Origin: an uncultured Phycisphaeraceae bacterium
GTDB taxonomy: Bacteria; Planctomycetota; Phycisphaerae; Phycisphaerales; UBA1924
DNA: 64,000 nucleotides
Direction of reading: 5' to 3'
Assembly: GCA_964529265.1 (NCBI GenBank)
Contig: CAZGVW010000033.1
Location: forward strand, 12,454 to 76,453
Shown: one piece after another, positions 24,074-32,749 of the stretch
Position numbering within the stretch: position 1 is the first letter of the stretch
How the letters are laid out: every line of letters starts with the position of its first letter
Notes under the pieces: model-generated
Told to the model about the DNA's origin: nothing
What the model saw: only the letters and a program-made list of their open reading frames with translations
Databases searched by the model: none
Position numbers and translations under genes: made by a program

Positions 24074-25635
24074 GCACCGTGCTGGTGGTGGACGACAAAG
24101 AGATGCTGCGGGACAGCGTGGGCTCGACGCTGCAGCGATCGGGTTTCACGATCCTCGCCGCGGGCAACGGAGAGACGGCCCTGGAGGTGATCGCGAGGCG
24201 GCGGCCGGACGCGGTGGTGACCGACCTCAAGATGCCGGGGATGACGGGGCTCGAGTTGCTGGAGAAGGTGCGCGACTTCGACGATGACCTGCCGGTGGTG
24301 GTGATGACGGCGTATGGCGCCGTGGATACGGCGGTGCAGGCGATGCGGCTGGGGGCGTACACGTATCTGACCAAGCCGTTCGAGGGCGATGAGCTGGTGG
24401 TGGCGGTGAAGCGGGCGATCGAGCATGGTCGGCTGCGGCGCGAAAACACGGTGCTGCGGCTGAACGCCGGGGCTGCGCCGCCGCCGGTGGCGACGGTTTC
24501 GGCGAATGGAGAGGCGCGGCCGGCGCATCAGGCAGGCGGCGGCAGGGACGCGGCGTTGCGCGGGCTGGGCAGGCTCATCGGCGAATCACCCCTGATGCGG
24601 AAACTGAAGGAGCAGGTGTCGGCGGTGGCGCGGTCGCACGGGACGGCTCTTATTCAGGGCGAATCGGGCGTGGGCAAGGAGGTGGTGGCCAAGGCGATCC
24701 ACGAGCTGAGCCCGCGGGCGGGCGAGACGTTCCTCGCGATGAACTGCGCTGCGCTCTCGGAAGCGCTGCTCGAATCGGAACTGTTCGGGCATGAGAAGGG
24801 AGCGTTCACGGGCGCGGAGCGACTGCGCAAGGGCCGGTTCGAACTGGCGGATCGCGGGACGCTGCTGCTCGACGAGGTGAGCGAGGTGAGCCCGCGGATT
24901 CAGGCGAAGCTCCTGCGGGTGCTGCAGGAGCGGTCGTTCGAGCGGGTGGGATCGAGCACACCGATCCACGTTGATGTGCGGGTGATCGCGACGACGAACC
25001 GTGACTTGCCGCGGGCGGTGCGGGAGGGGGCGTTCCGGCAGGATCTGTTCTTCCGCCTGAACGTGCTTCCGCTGCACGCGCCGCCGCTGCGCGACCGGGT
25101 GGAGGATGTGTCGGCGCTGGCGGAGCATTTCATCCGTCTGGTGTGCCGGCGCGAAGGGTTGCCGGAATGCGCGATCTCGGAAGACGCGATCTCGGCGCTG
25201 GAGTCCTACCACTGGCCGGGAAACGTGCGGGAGCTGCAGAACATTCTGGAGCGGGCGGTGGTGCTCAGCCGCGGAAGGCGCATCGAGGCGGAGCTGATCC
25301 GGGGCTGGCTCGATGGCGACGGGGCGGAGGGGCGGCAGGCGTCCCCGATGCGGGCGAGCGCTGCCGTGGTGACCGCTGCGGGCCCCATGACGAACAGGTC
25401 AAACGGGACGCACGCCGCGGACTCGCACGTGGGGCTGAATGGAAACGGCGCAGCCGCGGCGGAGGGCGGGATTCGGCTCCTGGAGGAGATCGAGCGGGAG
25501 GCGATCGTCGAGACACTGGTGCGGTTCAACGGGCACAGGCAGCGGACGGCGAGCGCTCTGGGGATTGGCGTTCGGACGCTGGGGCTGAAGCTGAAGAAGT
25601 GGAAGGAGGAGAAGCTGGTGGCGGAGACGCTGTAG
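24070..25635 (+). CDS. Sigma54-dependent response regulator (NtrC family; FlgR/FlrC-like)
   Basis: The receiver domain has VVTDLKMPGMTG. The AAA+ domain has GESGVGKEVVAKAIH, the GAFTGA loop (EKGAFTGA) and WPGNVRELQN. A Fis-type HTH lies at the C-terminus. Confidence 0.92.
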   Translation: MSTVLVVDDKEMLRDSVGSTLQRSGFTILAAGNGETALEVIARRRPDAVVTDLKMPGMTGLELLEKVRDFDDDLPVVVMTAYGAVDTAVQAMRLGAYTYLTKPFEGDELVVAVKRAIEHGRLRRENTVLRLNAGAAPPPVATVSANGEARPAHQAGGGRDAALRGLGRLIGESPLMRKLKEQVSAVARSHGTALIQGESGVGKEVVAKAIHELSPRAGETFLAMNCAALSEALLESELFGHEKGAFTGAERLRKGRFELADRGTLLLDEVSEVSPRIQAKLLRVLQERSFERVGSSTPIHVDVRVIATTNRDLPRAVREGAFRQDLFFRLNVLPLHAPPLRDRVEDVSALAEHFIRLVCRREGLPECAISEDAISALESYHWPGNVRELQNILERAVVLSRGRRIEAELIRGWLDGDGAEGRQASPMRASAAVVTAAGPMTNRSNGTHAADSHVGLNGNGAAAAEGGIRLLEEIEREAIVETLVRFNGHRQRTASALGIGVRTLGLKLKKWKEEKLVAETL

Positions 25636-25637
25636 GC

Positions 25638-25667
25638 CCCCCGGAAGCCCCCGGAAGCCCCCGGAAG
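25638..25667 (+). repeat. Three perfect tandem copies of the 10-mer CCCCCGGAAG
   Basis: The repeat is read directly from the sequence and starts 3 nt after the activator's TAG stop. Its 10-bp period equals one helical turn. Confidence 0.9.
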
Positions 25668-25668
25668 T

Positions 25669-25693
25669 TGGCGCACGCGCAGGATCTGCGCCA
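25669..25693 (+). promoter_or_regulatory. Inverted repeat TGGCGCA-N11-TGCGCCA, candidate enhancer (UAS) for the sigma54 activator
   Basis: The arms are perfect 7-bp matches. The repeat is centred about 99 bp upstream of the transcription start predicted from the flgB sigma54 promoter. Confidence 0.35.
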
Positions 25694-25753
25694 CTGCGCG
25701 GCGAAGTGCGGGTGGCGTTGAGCGCGTTTCAAGGGCTCAGCCCACCAATTGGG

Positions 25754-25769
25754 TGGCCCGGTGATTGCT
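25754..25769 (+). promoter_or_regulatory. Candidate sigma54 (-24/-12) promoter of the flgB operon
   Basis: TGGCCCGGTGATTGCT compares with the consensus TGGCACG-N4-TTGCW, and the GG-N10-GC spacing is exact. It lies 17 nt upstream of the flgB ATG. Confidence 0.5.
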
Positions 25770-25785
25770 GGCTGAACGACGACTC

Positions 25786-26226
25786 ATGATCATTCAGGAC
25801 CTCATCAACGCGGACGAGATTCCCAGCCTCGCGATGTCGCTGCGGTTCAGCGCCCAGCGGCAGAGGCTGATCGCCCACAACATCGCCAACATCTCGACGC
25901 CGGACTACCGGCCCCTCAACGTCTCCGTGGAGGGTTTTCGGAGGAGCCTGGCGGAGGCGATCGACGCCCGTCGGTCGCAGGGGGCCGGGGCGCGGGCCGA
26001 TCTGCCGTGGCGGGACACGCGCGAGGTGAAGCGGCTGGAGGATGGATCGGTTCGGCTGAACCCGCAGCAGCCGAGCGACAACATACTGTTCCACGATCGG
26101 AACAACCGAGACTTGGAGCGGCTGATGCAGGACCTGGTCGAGAACGCCGCGGCCCACCGCGTGTCGGCGGACCTCCTGCGCAGCCGCTTCGACCTGATTC
26201 GAACGGCGATCGCCGGCCGCGTGTGA
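25786..26226 (+). CDS. flgB: Flagellar basal-body rod protein FlgB
   Basis: The motif RQRLIAHNIANISTPDYRP is present. I prefer ATG 25786 over the TTG at 25765, which overlaps the promoter motif. Confidence 0.9.
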   Translation: MIIQDLINADEIPSLAMSLRFSAQRQRLIAHNIANISTPDYRPLNVSVEGFRRSLAEAIDARRSQGAGARADLPWRDTREVKRLEDGSVRLNPQQPSDNILFHDRNNRDLERLMQDLVENAAAHRVSADLLRSRFDLIRTAIAGRV

Positions 26227-26253
26227 CCGGCGCACCGAAGCAAAGGCTGACCC

Positions 26254-26691
26254 ATGTACGGCGCCCTTGACATCTCGACGAGCGGCATGATCGCCCAGCG
26301 GACGCGGCTGACGGTGATCTCGGCGAACATCGCGAACTCTTCCGCTTACCTGAACGAGCGGGGGGAGCCGATTCCGTACCGCCGACGGATTGCGATGCTG
26401 GCCCCGGGGGCGCCGGGGGCGGAGGGCGGGGGGGCTCCGGGTGTGCGGGTCGCGGAGATTGCGATCGACCAGAGCCCGTTCCGGAAGGTGTACGATCCGT
26501 CGAACCCGTACGCGGCGAAGGAGACGGACCCTTCACGTGACATGGTGGAGGGGTACGTGAACTACCCGAACGTGGATACGACGATCGAGATGATCAACTC
26601 GATCGAGGCGTCGCGGGCGTATGAAGCGAACGTGATGGCGGCGGAGGCGACGAAATCGATGATGGCGCAGGCGCTGCGGCTCATCGCGTGA
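26254..26691 (+). CDS. flgC: Flagellar basal-body rod protein FlgC
   Basis: The N-terminus is MYGALDISTSGMIAQRTRLTVISANIANS and the C-terminus contains EMINSIEASRAYEANV. Confidence 0.95.
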   Translation: MYGALDISTSGMIAQRTRLTVISANIANSSAYLNERGEPIPYRRRIAMLAPGAPGAEGGGAPGVRVAEIAIDQSPFRKVYDPSNPYAAKETDPSRDMVEGYVNYPNVDTTIEMINSIEASRAYEANVMAAEATKSMMAQALRLIA

Positions 26692-26734
26692 GCGGGAAGG
26701 CGCCGAGAGGCCGCGGCGATGATGGAGCGAAGGC

Positions 26735-27052
26735 ATGGCTGACCCCCTTGGACTGATCGGCGGCGCTGGAGGCATCGGGCCGGTTCAGCCGTTGCGCACG
26801 CCGGCGGGCGGAGCGCCGGTGGACCCGAACGCGCCCGCGTTCGGGGACGTGCTGCGCGAGGAGTTGCGGGCGGTGAACCAGCTGCAGCAGGATGCGGCGC
26901 GGGCGATCGAGGACCTGCAGACCGGCCGGCGTGACGACCTCGAGGGCGTGCTCATCGCAACGCAGCAGGCGGACAACGCGTTCAAGATGCTGTTGCAGGT
27001 GAGGAACAAGATGCTGGAGGCGTACGAGGAGATCAAGCAGATCCGGGTGTAA
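26735..27052 (+). CDS. fliE: Flagellar hook-basal body complex protein FliE
   Basis: The sequence FGDVLREELRAVNQLQQDA...ADNAFKMLLQVRNKMLEAYEEI is present. Confidence 0.9.
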   Translation: MADPLGLIGGAGGIGPVQPLRTPAGGAPVDPNAPAFGDVLREELRAVNQLQQDAARAIEDLQTGRRDDLEGVLIATQQADNAFKMLLQVRNKMLEAYEEIKQIRV

Positions 27053-27282
27053 GAGGGGGCCGGCGGGAAGGCGACGGCGCACTTTGTGCGCGGCGCCGGC
27101 GGGGGATCGGCGGGATGTGCGCCGGGGGCGCATGATTCCGCGGCGTGTTTCAAGCAACGCGGCGCGGCTATCCGACTGAGACTGTTCACGTCCCGGCGGG
27201 CGGCGTCCGTGCGCGCGGAGAAGCGCGGTCCGGACGCCGCGCAAGGAATGCGCTCGCCGCGGAGAGGCAGGAGGCCGACTCG

Positions 27283-28971
27283 ATGGACGCGCTGAAGCGG
27301 GTCCTTCAACTCATTCGGACGCAGGCGATGCGTCTGACACCGACGCAGAAGCTGCTCATCGGCAGTCTGTGCGTGGTGCTGCTCATGACGATGTTCGTCG
27401 TGAGCCAGTACGCGGGGCGGGCTGAGCACGTCGAACTGATGCCGGGCGCGACGCCCGAGCAGCAGCAGCAGGCGATCTCCTTCCTGCAGGCGAACCACAT
27501 CGAGCATTCGATCCAGGAGGGTCGGCCGCAGGTGCCACCGGACCGGCGGTACTACGTGCTGGCGCAACTGGGCGAGAAGGGGGCGCTTCCGGACGACACA
27601 TCGATCCTGTTCGGCAACCTTGCGGAGAAGACGTCGTGGACGATGTCGCAGACGCAGGTGCGGCAGATCTCGAATATTGCGCTCCAGAATGAGCTGGCGG
27701 CCGTGATTGGGCACTTCAGCGGCGTGCGGTCATCGCAGGTGTTCATCGATGCGCCGGAGCAGGGGGGGGGAATCGGACGCGCAGCGAGGACGCCGACGGC
27801 GACGGCGGTGGTGTTCACGACGAACCGGCAGCCGCTGGATCAGGAGACGGTGGATGCGATCGCGCACCTGGTGGCGGGGTCGAAGGCGGGGTTGACTCCC
27901 ACGGCGGTGCGGGTGATTGACGGGGCGACGCGGCGGCAGCACAGGGCGCGGGGGGAGGAGGACTTTGCCGCGGCGGACTACATGCAGACCGTCAAGAAGG
28001 TGGAGGAGTACACGCAGAGCAAGTTGCTCGAAGCGCTGCAGCACATCCAGGGCGTGGTGGTGGCGGTGAACGCGCAGGTGGACGTGACGCGGCGGGTGCA
28101 GAGCAGCGAGCGCGTCCTTCAGCCGGGCGACGGCACGGTGACGGCGCCGGTTCGGGAATCGACACAGACCTCGGAGCGCATCGGCGCGGCTTCCGGAGGG
28201 GAGCCGGGCGTGCGGAGCAACGTCGGCCTGAGCGTGGCGACGACGAACAGCGGTCGATCGACGGACCGGGAGACGCGGTCGGAGACGGAGCTGGAGACGA
28301 TTCCAGGCCGGCAGACGATGCAGACGGTGGATCCGCGCGGGATGCCGACGAAGATCAACGCGGCGATTCACGTGCCGCGGTCGTACTTCATCAGGCTGTG
28401 GCGCGTGAAGCAGGGGCCGGATCAGGCGGATGCCGAGCCGCAGGAAACCGACCTGACGCCGATTGTGGAGGAAGAGACGCGGAAGATTGAAGCGAGCGTG
28501 ACGCCGCTGATCGAGACGAGGGTCGATGATGCGCTGGTCGCGGGATCGGTGGTTGTCTCGATGGTGCTCGATCTCGCGCCGATGCAGTTCCACGCGGGCG
28601 CCGGCGGAGGGAGCGGGGGCGGCGGGCTGGGCGGCATGGCGTCCACGCTGGCGAGTGGTTGGATCAAGACGGTCGCGCTGGGGGCGCTGGCGGCGCTCTC
28701 GCTGGCCATGATGGCGTTGACGCTCAGGAAGGCTGGGAAACCTGTGCAACTTCCGTCGGCTCAGGAGCTGGTGGGGGTTCCTCCGGCCTTGACGAGCGAC
28801 AACGACATGATGGGTGAGGCGGACGAGGCGGAAGCGGCCTTGGCGGGCATCGAAATGACCGATGATGACCTGCAGCTGCGCAAGAAGGTCGAGCAGGTGA
28901 CGACGCTGGTGAAGGAGAAGCCTTCGGATGCGGCCCGGCTGCTGGGCCGCTGGATTGGGTCGGAGGGATAG
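27283..28971 (+). CDS. fliF: Flagellar MS-ring protein FliF
   Basis: GGAGAGGCAGGAGG lies upstream of ATG 27283. N- and C-terminal TM helices flank a periplasmic ring domain. The gene sits between fliE and fliG. Confidence 0.9.
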   Translation: MDALKRVLQLIRTQAMRLTPTQKLLIGSLCVVLLMTMFVVSQYAGRAEHVELMPGATPEQQQQAISFLQANHIEHSIQEGRPQVPPDRRYYVLAQLGEKGALPDDTSILFGNLAEKTSWTMSQTQVRQISNIALQNELAAVIGHFSGVRSSQVFIDAPEQGGGIGRAARTPTATAVVFTTNRQPLDQETVDAIAHLVAGSKAGLTPTAVRVIDGATRRQHRARGEEDFAAADYMQTVKKVEEYTQSKLLEALQHIQGVVVAVNAQVDVTRRVQSSERVLQPGDGTVTAPVRESTQTSERIGAASGGEPGVRSNVGLSVATTNSGRSTDRETRSETELETIPGRQTMQTVDPRGMPTKINAAIHVPRSYFIRLWRVKQGPDQADAEPQETDLTPIVEEETRKIEASVTPLIETRVDDALVAGSVVVSMVLDLAPMQFHAGAGGGSGGGGLGGMASTLASGWIKTVALGALAALSLAMMALTLRKAGKPVQLPSAQELVGVPPALTSDNDMMGEADEAEAALAGIEMTDDDLQLRKKVEQVTTLVKEKPSDAARLLGRWIGSEG

Positions 28972-29033
28972 GCGGAATGGCGACGCCGCGGCGGGGATGA
29001 CCCACCGCGGCGGGCGTCCGGGAGCGATTCGGC

Positions 29034-30074
29034 ATGCCTCGGAAACCTGGCGAGAAACTGCCGGATGATGTCGAGAAGCTGGATGGCGTCACGAAGGCGG
29101 CGATCCTGCTGCTGTCGCTCGATCCGCTGGTGGCCGCGGACGTGATGAAGGAGCTGAATCCGGAATCGCTGGAAGAGGTGGCGCGGGAACTGGCGGGGAT
29201 CGGGAGGGTGCCGGACCCGCTGCGGCAGGCGGTGGTGGAAGAGTTCTACGACCTTTCGCTGGCCACGCAGTATGCGTCGGAGGGGGGGCTGGAGTACGCG
29301 AAGGTGCTGCTCATGCAGTCACTCGAGCCGAAGACGGCCGAGAAGGTGCTGCAGCGCATCCAGACGCAGGTGCAGAAGACGCCGTTCTCGTTCCTGCAGA
29401 AGGCGGAGAGCGAAAACCTGCTGACGTTCATCCAGGAGGAGCATCCGCAGACGATCGCGCTGATCCTGTGCCATGTGCCGCATTACAAGGCGGCGGAGAT
29501 TCTCACGGGGCTGCCTCTGCAGAAGCAGGTGGAGGTGATCAAGCGGATTGCCAACATGGAGCAGACGAACCCGGAGGTGATCCGGGAGGTGGAGCGGGGG
29601 CTGGAGTCGCGCCTCGCGAGCATGCTCATGCAGTCGATGGAGAAGGCGGGCGGCGTCGAGACCGTGGCGGAGATGCTGAACCTGGCGGACCGCTCGAGCG
29701 AGAAATCCATCATGGAGGCGCTCGAGACGGAGGATCCGGACCTGGTGGAGCAGATCCGCCGCCTGATGTTCGTGTTCGAAGACATCCTGATGGTGAACGA
29801 CAAGGGCATTCAGGCGGTGCTCAAGGAGATCGACAACGACGAGCTGGCTCTGGCGCTCAAGACGGCGTCGGATTCGCTGAGGCAGAAGATCTTCTCGAAC
29901 ATGTCGGAGCGCGCGGCGCAGCTGATCAAGGAGGACATGGAGTTCATGGGCCCCGTCCGCGTGAGCGACGTGGAAGCGGCGCAGCAGCGGATCGTGGACG
30001 TGGTGCGGCGGCTGGAGGACGCGGGCGAGATCATCATCGCCGGGCGCGGCGCCGAGAGCGAACTGATCGTGTGA
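29034..30074 (+). CDS. fliG: Flagellar motor switch protein FliG
   Basis: The sequences LDGVTKAAILLLSL, EHPQTIALIL and MFVFEDI, plus the C-terminal charged helix, identify FliG. Confidence 0.95.
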   Translation: MPRKPGEKLPDDVEKLDGVTKAAILLLSLDPLVAADVMKELNPESLEEVARELAGIGRVPDPLRQAVVEEFYDLSLATQYASEGGLEYAKVLLMQSLEPKTAEKVLQRIQTQVQKTPFSFLQKAESENLLTFIQEEHPQTIALILCHVPHYKAAEILTGLPLQKQVEVIKRIANMEQTNPEVIREVERGLESRLASMLMQSMEKAGGVETVAEMLNLADRSSEKSIMEALETEDPDLVEQIRRLMFVFEDILMVNDKGIQAVLKEIDNDELALALKTASDSLRQKIFSNMSERAAQLIKEDMEFMGPVRVSDVEAAQQRIVDVVRRLEDAGEIIIAGRGAESELIV

Positions 30075-30088
30075 GGCGCTGACCTGCG

Positions 30089-30838
30089 ATGGCTTTGATC
30101 AAGAATGCGCTCAGCGAAACGATGGCCCGAGAGGCGATCGTGTTGAACCTGAGCGACATCAGGCGCCAGGGCGAGGAACTCAGGGAGCGGGCGCGTGCGG
30201 AGGCGGCGAAGATCGTCGAGGACGGCAAGGCGGAGCGGAAGCGGCTGATCGCCGACGCCGCGGCTGAGGGCAAGAAGCAGGGCCTGGAGGAGGGGCGCGA
30301 GCAGGGGCGGCGGGAAGGGTTTGAAGGGGGTGCGGCGGAGGCGCGGGAGCAGGTTGCGGCGGCGCTTGGAACGATCGAGGCGGCGTGGACCAGAGCGATC
30401 GAGGAGTTTGAGCGCGCCCGCGACGACATGCTGATCGAGGCGCGTACGGATGTCGTGCGACTCGCGACGGCGATCGGGGCGCGCGTCACGCGGCGGATCG
30501 TGGAGGTTGATCCCGCGGCGGTTCTGGGGCCGCTGGAGTCCGCGCTTTCGATCGTCACACGGGGGTCGCGACTTGTCGTGGCGGTGAACCCGGACGATCG
30601 GGCTGATGTTGAGCGGGCTCTGCCGGACCTGGCGGCGCGACTGGCGTCGAGCGCTCATGCCGAGGTGTCGCCGGATCCATCGCTGCCGCGCGGATCGTGT
30701 GTTGTGCGGACGGGGAAGGGCGAGATCGATGCGAGCGTGGAGACGCAGATCGAGCGCATCGTGGCGGAGCTTGTGCCCGGTCGGCACCGGGCGAACCCGG
30801 ATGAACCGGCGCCGGATGCGGGCGAGGCGGCGCCGTGA
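30089..30838 (+). CDS. fliH: Flagellar assembly protein FliH
   Basis: The central region is rich in charged coiled-coil sequence (EGKKQGLEEGREQGRREGFE). The gene lies between fliG and fliI and overlaps fliI. Confidence 0.85.
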   Translation: MALIKNALSETMAREAIVLNLSDIRRQGEELRERARAEAAKIVEDGKAERKRLIADAAAEGKKQGLEEGREQGRREGFEGGAAEAREQVAAALGTIEAAWTRAIEEFERARDDMLIEARTDVVRLATAIGARVTRRIVEVDPAAVLGPLESALSIVTRGSRLVVAVNPDDRADVERALPDLAARLASSAHAEVSPDPSLPRGSCVVRTGKGEIDASVETQIERIVAELVPGRHRANPDEPAPDAGEAAP

Positions 30839-32238
30839 CGGTCCTGGCGCCGGAGATTGATGGGCTGCGCGCGATCCAGCCGCTTCGCGTCACGGGGACG
30901 GTGTGTTCGCTGCGCGGGCTCACGTTGCTCGTGGATGACCTGCCGGCGCCGGTCGGATCGCTGGTGCGCGTGCTGTGCAGCGGCGGCGGAGAGGCGGAGT
31001 CGCGCCCCGGCGAAGTGGTGGGGTTTGACGGTCACCGCGCCATTGTGATGACGCTGGGGCGGACGGCCGGTGTGCGCGCCGGCGATCGCGTGGTGGCGGA
31101 GCAGGCGGCGCCGACCGTGCGCGTGGGGCGTCGGATGCTGGGGCGGGTGATCAACGGGCTGGCGCAGCCGATCGATGGGCGCGGGGCGATTCCTGAGACA
31201 CGATCCGCGCTCCTGGCGCCGCCGCCGATTCCGGCGATGCAGCGGAGCAGGATCGACGCTGCGTTGCCGACGGGCGTGCGGGCGATCGACCTGATGACGA
31301 CGATCGGACGCGGGCAGCGCGTGGGCGTGTTCGCGGGGCCGGGCGTGGGCAAATCCACGCTGCTGGGCTCGATCGCGAAGCGGACCGCGGCGGATGTGAA
31401 CGTGATCGCGATGATCGGCGAACGCGGCCGGGAAGTGCGGGACTTCATCGAGCATGCGCTCGGGCCGGAGGGGCTGGCGCGATCGGTGGTAGTGGTGGCG
31501 ACGAGCGATGAATCGCCGCTGCTGCGCATCCGGGCGGCGCTGGTGGCGTGCTCCGTGGCGGAGCGGTTCCGGGATGACGGGGCGGATGTGATGCTGCTCA
31601 TGGATTCCGTGACGCGGTTTGCGCAGGCGCAGCGGCAGGTTGGGCTCGCCTCGGGCGAGCCGCCCGCGACGAAGGGCTACACGCCGAGCGTCTTTGCGAA
31701 CCTGCCGATGATTCTGGAGCGCGCGGGCGGCGTGGAGGGCGCGGGGTCCATCACGGGCTTCTATGCCATCTTGGTCGAAGGCGACGACATGACGGAGCCG
31801 ATCGCGGATGCGGCGCGGGGCGTTCTCGACGGACACGTCATTCTTTCGAGGGCGTTGGCGCAGCGCGGGCACTATCCGGCGATCGATGTGCTGGATTCGG
31901 TGAGCCGCGTGGCGGGCGAGGTGACGGACGCTGCGCACGCGGCCGCGCGGCGGATGATCGTGCGTCTGCTGAGCGCGCACCGGAACGTGGAGGACCTGGT
32001 GCAGATCGGCGCCTATGCGCGCGGATCGAACCCGGACGCGGACACGGCGATCGCGCTCAAGCCAAAGTTGGATGCGCTGCTTCAGCAGGGGGGCGAGGAC
32101 GCGGAGGCTTTCGAGGATGCCAGGAAGCGGATGATCGCGCTGGCCATGGAGGCCGGCGCGATGATTCAGTCCGCGGCCGCGCCCACCGGGGCTTCGGGGG
32201 GCCGCGCCGGCCGTCAGACGGCCGAGCGCCGGGGATGA
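30835..32238 (+). CDS. fliI: Flagellum-specific ATP synthase FliI
   Basis: Walker A is GPGVGKSTLLG and Walker B is VMLLMDSVTRFA. The motif HYPAIDVLDSVSR is also present. Confidence 0.95.
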   Translation: MTVLAPEIDGLRAIQPLRVTGTVCSLRGLTLLVDDLPAPVGSLVRVLCSGGGEAESRPGEVVGFDGHRAIVMTLGRTAGVRAGDRVVAEQAAPTVRVGRRMLGRVINGLAQPIDGRGAIPETRSALLAPPPIPAMQRSRIDAALPTGVRAIDLMTTIGRGQRVGVFAGPGVGKSTLLGSIAKRTAADVNVIAMIGERGREVRDFIEHALGPEGLARSVVVVATSDESPLLRIRAALVACSVAERFRDDGADVMLLMDSVTRFAQAQRQVGLASGEPPATKGYTPSVFANLPMILERAGGVEGAGSITGFYAILVEGDDMTEPIADAARGVLDGHVILSRALAQRGHYPAIDVLDSVSRVAGEVTDAAHAAARRMIVRLLSAHRNVEDLVQIGAYARGSNPDADTAIALKPKLDALLQQGGEDAEAFEDARKRMIALAMEAGAMIQSAAAPTGASGGRAGRQTAERRG

Positions 32239-32248
32239 GTAACGAGCG

Positions 32249-32749
32249 ATGCCGAGGTTCACGTTCAGGCTGGAGCGGGTTCTGGAGCAGCGGCTCTCAA
32301 TCGAGCGCGAGCGGCAGCGTGTCGTTGCGGAGCTTGAGCGGGAACGGCTGGGCGCGGAGAGCCATCTCCGGGCAGCGCAGGGGGCCATCGCCTCGGGAAA
32401 GGTTGACCTGCGGGATGCGCTGACCGGAAGCGCGGAGCGCGCCCTTGACCTGCGGTGGGTTCGAACCCAGGCCCACGCGTCGCTGCATCTCACGCTGCGG
32501 GCCCAGCAGGCGGCGATTCGCCTGTCGGGCATCCACGCACGCCTGGCGGCGGCACGGGCCTCCCTGCTCGAGGCCGCAAAGGCGCGGAAGGCCGTGGAGA
32601 CCCTCAAGACCCGCCGGCGCGAGCAGTGGGAGCGTGAGGAGCGGAGGAGAGAGACGCTCGCGGCCGATGAGATGGCTGTGATTGCCGAAGGCCGGAAGGC
32701 CGCGGCACGCATCAGTGAAGCACGAGATCAGGAGGCGTCGCCATTGTGA
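32249..32749 (+). CDS. fliJ: Flagellar export protein FliJ
   Basis: The protein begins MPRFTFRLERVLEQR and is a coiled coil. It lies directly after fliI. Confidence 0.85.
   Translation: MPRFTFRLERVLEQRLSIERERQRVVAELERERLGAESHLRAAQGAIASGKVDLRDALTGSAERALDLRWVRTQAHASLHLTLRAQQAAIRLSGIHARLAAARASLLEAAKARKAVETLKTRRREQWEREERRRETLAADEMAVIAEGRKAAARISEARDQEASPL

Noticed and set aside
25638-25667. The tandem 10-mer repeats here, and those at 41-60, considered as a possible CRISPR or minisatellite.
   Set aside because: The units are only 10 bp, are directly abutting with no spacers, and number 2-3 copies. This is not a CRISPR array. I keep them as a candidate regulatory repeat.
27075-27090. A degenerate -24/-12 element, CGGCGCACTTTGTGCG, in the fliE-fliF gap.
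   Set aside because: The spacing is right, but both half-sites deviate (CGGCGC and GTGC) and the sequence doubles as a simple hairpin. This is too weak to call a promoter.
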